Shown: positions 1 through 6,895 of the stretch, piece after piece
Numbering within the stretch: position 1 is the first letter of the stretch
Layout: each line of letters opens with the position of its first letter
Assembly: GCA_000388065.2 (NCBI GenBank)
Contig: KB932207.1
DNA: 16,757 bases
From: Fonticula alba ATCC 38817
Taxonomy: Eukaryota; Protista; Nucleariida
Reading direction: 5' to 3' (one strand)
Translations under genes and position numbers: made by a program
The notes under the pieces: generated by a model
Databases searched by the model: none
Seen by the model: only the letters and a program-made list of their open reading frames with translations
Told to the model about the DNA's origin: nothing

Positions 1-194
1 CCCCCACGCGTGTCGCCCAGGCACCACCGCGCCCAGGCCGCTTTGTCCCTCCTCCGCCCCCGATCTGGCGTGGGCCCGGGTGAAGGGGGCCGGGCGATCT
101 TTCCCGGCCTCCGCCGACGGAGGGGGGGGAAGGAGCGCACACTAAATTGCCCAGCCCGGCCACATGCCGCCTGGCTGGGCGATTGAGTGCCCCC

Positions 195-209
195 GGGGGG
201 GGGGGGGGG
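195..209. repeat. G15 homopolymer (a C17 run also at 477-493)
   Basis: Read directly from the sequence. Confidence 0.9.
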
Positions 210-320
210 CCTCACAGCAAGAGCCGCGGGAGGCCCCCCCTCCCACCACCACCCTGTGTCGGAGGGGCCCACTCTGCCTGCGGGGGCCCCGCGGACGCAC
301 CCGCGGGCCGCGCGTGCAAG

Positions 321-342
321 TGCGCGCGCGCGCGCGCGCGCA
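321..342. repeat. T(GC)10A perfect palindrome; alternating CG tract with Z-DNA potential
   Basis: tgcgcgcgcgcgcgcgcgcgca read directly. Confidence 0.9.
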
Positions 343-626
343 TTCACACCCGGGCACCGGGCGATGGCGCCGCGGCCCCCTGTCCCATGTCCGTCATAAC
401 GCCGTCGCCGGCTGCCGAGGCAAGAGGCATAGATGCTCTTCGCATGCCTGCCGCGGGCGCGCGAGCCCCCTCGCCGCCCCCCCCCCCCCCCCCGGGGGAA
501 GGAGGACTTCTCAGAAGCTGGGAGAATCGAGTTCTGTCTCCTTTTCCCCCCCGCGCCCCGCACCCCCGTCCCCGGGCCCATTTTCGCCCAAGCGGGGAGC
601 GGGCGGCGCTTGCCCAGCCTTTCAAC

Positions 627-629
<3 letters not shown>

Positions 630-661
<32 letters not shown>
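630..661. repeat. (CT)16 microsatellite
   Basis: Read directly. Same strand polarity as the intronic CT tracts of + strand genes. Confidence 0.95.
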
Positions 662-664
<3 letters not shown>

Positions 665-868
665 GCACACGCCCATGGGCGCAGAGCACAGACGCTTTTT
701 CAGCGCACATGTCCCCGGCCCTCGGGGCCCCACCCTTGCACAGAGCCCCCCTCCCCTTGCCCCTCCTCCCTCCCGACCAGATCGCTTCTCCAGCGTACCT
801 TGCCCCTCCCCTCCCCCCTCTCCCTTGAGAGCCTCCCCTTTCACCCCCTCCCCCCCCCTCTTGCCTCC

Positions 869-1829
869 NNNNNNNNNNNNNNNNNNNNNNNNNNNNNNNN
901 NNNNNNNNNNNNNNNNNNNNNNNNNNNNNNNNNNNNNNNNNNNNNNNNNNNNNNNNNNNNNNNNNNNNNNNNNNNNNNNNNNNNNNNNNNNNNNNNNNNN
1001 NNNNNNNNNNNNNNNNNNNNNNNNNNNNNNNNNNNNNNNNNNNNNNNNNNNNNNNNNNNNNNNNNNNNNNNNNNNNNNNNNNNNNNNNNNNNNNNNNNNN
1101 NNNNNNNNNNNNNNNNNNNNNNNNNNNNNNNNNNNNNNNNNNNNNNNNNNNNNNNNNNNNNNNNNNNNNNNNNNNNNNNNNNNNNNNNNNNNNNNNNNNN
1201 NNNNNNNNNNNNNNNNNNNNNNNNNNNNNNNNNNNNNNNNNNNNNNNNNNNNNNNNNNNNNNNNNNNNNNNNNNNNNNNNNNNNNNNNNNNNNNNNNNNN
1301 NNNNNNNNNNNNNNNNNNNNNNNNNNNNNNNNNNNNNNNNNNNNNNNNNNNNNNNNNNNNNNNNNNNNNNNNNNNNNNNNNNNNNNNNNNNNNNNNNNNN
1401 NNNNNNNNNNNNNNNNNNNNNNNNNNNNNNNNNNNNNNNNNNNNNNNNNNNNNNNNNNNNNNNNNNNNNNNNNNNNNNNNNNNNNNNNNNNNNNNNNNNN
1501 NNNNNNNNNNNNNNNNNNNNNNNNNNNNNNNNNNNNNNNNNNNNNNNNNNNNNNNNNNNNNNNNNNNNNNNNNNNNNNNNNNNNNNNNNNNNNNNNNNNN
1601 NNNNNNNNNNNNNNNNNNNNNNNNNNNNNNNNNNNNNNNNNNNNNNNNNNNNNNNNNNNNNNNNNNNNNNNNNNNNNNNNNNNNNNNNNNNNNNNNNNNN
1701 NNNNNNNNNNNNNNNNNNNNNNNNNNNNNNNNNNNNNNNNNNNNNNNNNNNNNNNNNNNNNNNNNNNNNNNNNNNNNNNNNNNNNNNNNNNNNNNNNNNN
1801 NNNNNNNNNNNNNNNNNNNNNNNNNNNNN
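869..1829. other. Assembly gap (961 N)
   Basis: Run of N flanked on both sides by C/T-rich sequence. ORFs in the supplied track that span it are artefacts. Confidence 1.
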
Positions 1830-1881
1830 CCCTCCCCCTCTTCTAGCCACCACCCCTGAGGCCGAACTCCCCGGTACCCCC

Positions 1882-2495
1882 ATGAACCAAGCCGGCACCG
1901 CGACCGTTGTCCCTCTCTCCTCCATGCAGCAGCCCAACCCGTCCGTCGGCGGCGGGGCAGGCACCAGCACCGCCCCCGGGGTCTTCCAAGCCGGCCAGGG
2001 ATTGCTCCTCTCGCCGATGCAGATCCTCGGCTTCCCTTCATCCTCCTCCGGCGACCAGTCATCCATGGGCTTGCTGTCGACCGGCACCAGCGGTCAGCTA
2101 CTGTCCTCGCAGGACATGTCCTCGGCCAATATCGGCTCTTCGCAGCAGCAGCAGCAGCAGCAGCAACAGCAACAGCAGCAGCTCCAGCAGCTCCAGCAAC
2201 TCCAGCAACTCCAGCAGGTCCTGCAGCTTCAGCAATCCGGCCAGCAGCAGTCACCATCGCAGCAGCAGCAGCAGCAGCAGCAGCAGTCGCTCCTGCTCCT
2301 GCAGCAGCTCCAGCAGCAGCAGCTCCAGCAGCAGCAGCTCCAGCAGCAGCAGCTCCAACAGCAGCAGCTCCAGCAGCAACAGGCCCAACAGCTCCAGCAG
2401 CAGCAGCAGGCCCAGCAGCAGCAGGCCCAGCTTCGCCAGCAGTTCCAACAGCAGCAGCAGCTCGTTCAGCAGAACCTCCTCCTCCAACAACAGCA

Positions 2496-2530
<35 letters not shown>

Positions 2531-5500
2531 TCCAGCAGCCTGGCGGCTCTCTCTCAAGTGCCCAAATCCTTTCCCTGCTGACTAATTCCGGGTCGTCCGG
2601 GACTGGCGACATCTCCTCCCTGCAAATCAGTCGCCTCCAGGCTCAGCTCCAGCAGCTCCAGCAGCAGCAGGCCACTCAGCAGGCCCAGGCCCAAAGCAAG
2701 CAGAGCCAGCAGCAGCTTCTCCAGCAGCAGCTTCTCCAGCAGCAGCAGCAGCTCCAGCAGCAGCAGCAACAACAAATTCAGCAGCAGCAGCAGCAGCAAC
2801 AGCAGCAGGCCCAGCAGCAGCAGCAGCAGCAGCAGAAGAACCAGCTGTTCATCGAGACGCTCCTGCATAAGCAGCCGTCCGGCACCGGAGTCCAGGCCTC
2901 CTCCTCATCCTCCTTGCCGATCGACCTCCATGGCGGTGTTTCTCCAGCACGCGGGCCTTCCTCCTCCTCTTCCTCCTCGTTGGCCGCTTCACTGGGACTC
3001 ATCCAGCAGAATCTGATTTCCAACAACGCCGGAGGCAATGGGGCCCTTCTGTCGCAGCAAATCCAGCAGATCATTGCCTCGCTTGAGGACGGCGGCACCG
3101 GTGCCGGTGATGCTGGCGCCGCGACTGGCGCATCCAACGCCGCGCTCATTTCATCCGTGCTGAATTCCACTGCCACCGCTGGCATTTCCACCGGCCCGAC
3201 TCCCGGCGGCACGGCAACCGCCTCTACCACAGGTGGCAGCAGTGCCGGCGGAGCGTCCGAAGGCCCGGCATCGGCCATTTCCTCCCCCTCCTCGACGGCC
3301 GCCGGTCCAGCTGGCAGCCCCTTCCCAGCTGGCGGCATGAAGTCCGATCAGGGAGGTGCCCCAGGGGGGGGCTCGAGCCTTCCCCTGGGCGGCGGTGCCA
3401 GCCCCGGCCCCGGCAGCGCCCTTCTGTCGGACATGCTCTCTCGGCCGGCGGATGCTGCTTCCAAGTCGACGACCGCTAGCGCCGCGGCCGCGGCCACCAC
3501 CACCACACTGCCGTCCCCGGCCACGCTGCCGTCCCCCGCCCCGGGGTCCTCCTCCACCACCACCACCACCACCACTCCTGGTCCCTCGGCCACCGGGCAG
3601 CAGGACACCTTCCTGTCAGCCGGGGGATCTGCCGCGTCGGCCAACGATGTGGCGGCCTTCCTGGCGTCCATGGCCTCCTCCAATCGGATCAAGTCCTCGG
3701 TGTCGGCGGCCCCCACGACGGATCCCCTGCCGGCGGATGGCGCCGTGGTCATGGTTTCCTCCTCGCAGCAGCAGGCCCAGCAGCAGCAACAGCAGCAGCA
3801 GCAGCAGCAACAACACATCAGCAGCCAGCCCTCCTCCTCCTCCTCCTCCTCCTCCTCCTCCGCCGCCGCCGCCCCCGCCTCTTCCCAGGTCCAGCAGGCC
3901 GGTGCGTCGCCTCAGCCGCAGGGCACCGCCTCTCGCCCGGCGTCGGGCATTAGCCCGGACCTGCTGGCTTCACTTCTCCAGCAGCAGGTGGCGCAGCAGC
4001 AAGCCCAGCAACAGGCGCAGCAGCAGGCGCAGCAGCCCCTGGTCGCCGGGATGGCGTCCACCTCATCCTCCTCATCGATGCTGCCGCCGCAACTTCTCCA
4101 GGCCATGGGCCGGTCAGCTCTCCTGCCGACCTTCAACGCCCCGGATATCGGCACCACCTCCTCCATGGTCAACCGCGCGGGAGCCAGTTCCGATCTGTTG
4201 CCCGCCCCGGCCAGCCCCCTGCTCCTGGGCGTCTCCTCGTCAGATGTCGGGCTCGGTGGCGGTGGCCTTGCCCCGCCGCCGGTCCAGCTGCCCACTTCGG
4301 CCTCCCCCTCGACTCTGTCCTTGCGCTCGATCCCCCTGCTGTCGTCGAGCATCGGTACTGGTGGCACCGGCGCCGGGGGCCATCACCTGGACCTGGCCCA
4401 GCAGCTGCAGCAATCCGGCGCTGGGCTTCTGTCGGAGAGCCCCTCCCTTGGCCCCGGCGGCCTTCTCCCTGGGGCATCCAGCCTGGGTCTCCTGCCCGGG
4501 TCTGTGATGGCCGGCTCCGGCCCTGGTGGCATGCTATCCTCCTCGACCTCGCTTGCGGGGCAGCTCGACCCGGCGACCCTCCTCTCGCTGCATCGGCAGA
4601 TCAGTGCCACCGGCGGTGTTTCCTCTTCCCTTGTCTCCAACCCCTCTTCACACATGGCCGGTGGTGCGCTGCTCTTTCCCCGTCTCCCTGGTTTTTCTTT
4701 CTCCTCCTTCTTTCCTTTTCTCCCCTGCTGACAATCTGCCTCCCCGCCCCCGGCCCCCCGCCCCCTCTGGTCGCCTCTTTCTCCGCATCCCCCTTTCGCC
4801 TCCATCATCATCCACACGCACACAGTCCTCTCCTCCGCCGGCTCCAGCAACTGCTCTTCCAGTGCATCGTCCCCCTCGCCTGTTCCCTTCCTGTCGATGG
4901 TCGGAGACAATGTCCCGGGGCTCCACATGAAGGCCGACTCCGTGGCTGATTCTTCCTCATCGCCGCAGATGGTTGCCAGTGCGCTGAAGCTCATCGGCCT
5001 GGATCCGGCTGCCGCGGCGACTGCCGGCCCGAATGGGCTTCTCTCCGGCACGACCACCCCCATGCCCGGGTCTCCGACGGCCGGCGGGCCCCTGGTGCTT
5101 TCGTCCCCCGGCGGCGCCAGTGCGCCTGGTGTCGGTGGTGGCAGCGTCTCCGGCAGCACCGGCGACGGGGTGCCCTCCAATGCCGGCGGTGCCGCCACCG
5201 GCAGCAGCGGCAAGTCCAAGTTCGGCGACAATTCCGCCTTCCCTGGGGCCCTGCTGGCGGACCCGAAATCGCCAGCAGCCCAGGCCATCGCCGCTGGGGC
5301 CACGCTGGTCCCCCTGCCGCTGACGCACGCCCATGCCTTGGCCACCCCGGGCACCCGCAAGCTCACTTACCTGTGCACGCATCCGGACTGCCGGCATCGG
5401 GCCCCGTTCAAGCGCTTCCAGCACCTGAAGCGCCACCGGCTGACGCACTCCGGCGAGCGGCCCTTCGCCTGCGAGGAGCGCGGCTGCACCAAGACCTTCG

Positions 5501-6003
5501 CGCGCCTGGACAACTTGACACAGCACCAGCGGACACACGGTCGGCATGCGGCGGCGGCGGCCGCCGCCGCGGCCGAGGCCGCCGCCGCCGCCGCTGCTGC
5601 CACCAACTGCCCGCTGTCATCCGAGCTGCAAAGCCATCACATCCATGCGGCGGCCCTGGCTGTTGGGCATCACCACATGCATGGCGGCGGCAGCATGCAC
5701 CCCCACCACCACCATCACCACTCGGACCAGCTGTCGTCTTCGTACTCGCCCTCGGGCTCGCCCTCGCCCGGGCTCAATGGCGGCAGCGGCGCCGGCGCCG
5801 GCGGCAATGGCAACGGCGGTGCTCTGGGAAGTGGGTCGTCGGCCAACAAGCGCCCCCGGCCGGCCGGCGGCTTGGCTGACAGTCCCTCCTCCGGTGGCAA
5901 TGATGCCAATAGCATGGCCAAGAAGATCAAGCGTGCGGCCCTGGCGGCTGCCGCGATGGCCGCGGGTTACTCTCCCTCTGAGGCGCGTCACTTTGAGGGA
6001 TGA
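1882..6003 (+). CDS. PolyQ/low-complexity C2H2 zinc-finger transcription factor (two fingers, Msn2/Seb1/Ste12-like recognition helices); possibly 5'-partial
   Basis: Exons 1882-4663 and 4826-6003. Intron 4664-4825: GTGCGC...cacacAG, pyrimidine-rich, phase 1, junction MAG-V-LSSAG. About 1,319 aa from Met 1882, TGA at 6001-6003. The frame stays open from the gap edge to 1882, with a possible acceptor ttctAG at 1846. Fingers: YLCTHPDCRHRAPFKRFQHLKRHRLTH-SGERPF-ACEERGCTKTFARLDNLTQHQRTH. Confidence 0.85.
2143..2835 (+). repeat. Coding CAG/CAA trinucleotide repeat region (interrupted polyQ); further polyQ at about 3766-3810 and 3982-4035
   Basis: Dense CAG/CAA tracts in frame with ATG 1882. Includes (CTC CAG CAR)x4 at 2182-2217 and a 15-bp LQQQQ unit x5 at 2308-2382. 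Confidence 0.95.
4664..4825 (+). other. Spliceosomal intron of the zinc-finger gene (162 nt)
   Basis: GTGCGC donor (an in-phase alternative GTGGTG sits at 4661), C/T-rich body with an in-frame TGA at 4729-4731, and a cacacAG acceptor. Splicing joins ORF 1882-4731 to ORF 4897-6003. Confidence 0.8.
5368..5538 (+). other. Tandem C2H2 zinc-finger pair
   Basis: C-x4-C...H-x3-H twice, with a TGEKP-type linker (HSGERPF). Confidence 0.95.
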
Positions 6004-6326
6004 GAAAGGTGTCTGGTTGACGGAAGAGGAGGGTGGGGTGTGCGGCCCACCTCCTCCCCACTCCCTCTCCTCCCCCACCACCACCGCCCACGATGAGACG
6101 CTTGCACGCGCGCGCCACAGGCGCAACGCGCTGTTTGTATTGTGCCATCACGTCTAGATGTTTCCTTGTTGTTTCCCCCCTCTCTTGCCCCCCTCCCCCC
6201 CCCCCACTTCCCGCTCTCTTTCTTGTGTTTTCCCTTCATTCCATAATATACCCTTTCTCTTGCCCTTTCCCCTTCTCTGTTGTGCTTTTTTTCCTTTCAC
6301 CACTTTGCCCGTGGATGTAGGCGCAG

Positions 6327-6328
<2 letters not shown>

Positions 6329-6360
<32 letters not shown>
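6329..6360. repeat. (GT)16 microsatellite between the convergent genes
   Basis: Read directly. Confidence 0.95.
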
Positions 6361-6362
<2 letters not shown>

Positions 6363-6713
6363 GCTGATGCGTGAGACTGCATGCGCAGGCGCCCCTCTCA
6401 CACGCACATATGAGGCACACGAAATGCTCACATGCAAGTTCGTGAATAGAGGGAGTTGGGCCGGGCCAAGCATGCGCGAGACAGAGTGGCTCCTACCAAG
6501 TGCAGCTGAGCACGAGGTGCAGCCGTCGCCCCTTCTTCCCGCCTTTGCACACACCCAGCTCCCCGGCATGCGCGCCGGCGCGCCCGGTCCCACACGGGCA
6601 TGCCCCGGCGTCGGCGACTGGACGCGCCCTGCCGCGGATGTCCACCTGGCAGATGGTCAGCCACACTTCTTACACAGCGCCCAGGCACATGGGACATCGT
6701 CCCCTCCCAGCAG

Positions 6714-6736
6714 ACACACACACACACACACACACA
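6714..6736. repeat. (AC)11 microsatellite between the convergent genes
   Basis: Read directly. Confidence 0.95.
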
Positions 6737-6895
6737 GCGCAGTTACAAGCGACAGGATCAGCCAGAAATGGCAACAGCAGTAAACAATACCCAACGATGT
6801 ATTCCTCTTTCGCGGGTGTCTTTCAACAGTACACTAGCAGGGAGAACTGCTCTCCATGGAAATCTAAAAATATTAATACCATCACCGCACACACT

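Noticed and set aside
80-230. STRE-like AAGGGG/AGGGG sites upstream of the zinc-finger gene (autoregulation)
   Set aside because: G runs are so common here that such matches carry no information.
675-800. Possible first coding exon of the zinc-finger gene (ATG 675 or 709, donor GTACCT at 795)
   Set aside because: The donor does not match the local GT(G/A)CG consensus, and neither frame gives the phase needed to join the 1847 acceptor. It cannot be resolved across the gap.
147-2557. Long ORFs 147-1859 (+), 164-1846 (+) and 344-2557 (-)
   Set aside because: They are long only because they run through 961 N. The poly-Ala in 344-2557 is the antisense reading of the CAG repeats.
1907-2868. Poly-Ser (+) and poly-Leu/poly-Cys (-) ORFs over the CAG tracts
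   Set aside because: Alternative-frame shadows of the polyQ region. The CAG/CAA wobble pattern is synonymous only in the Gln frame.
6860-6895. AT-rich patch just after the UCS stop (sense ...tattaatatttttAG) as a 3' UTR intron or polyA signal
   Set aside because: There is no consensus donor and no canonical signal. It may be 3'-end related but cannot be supported from the sequence alone.
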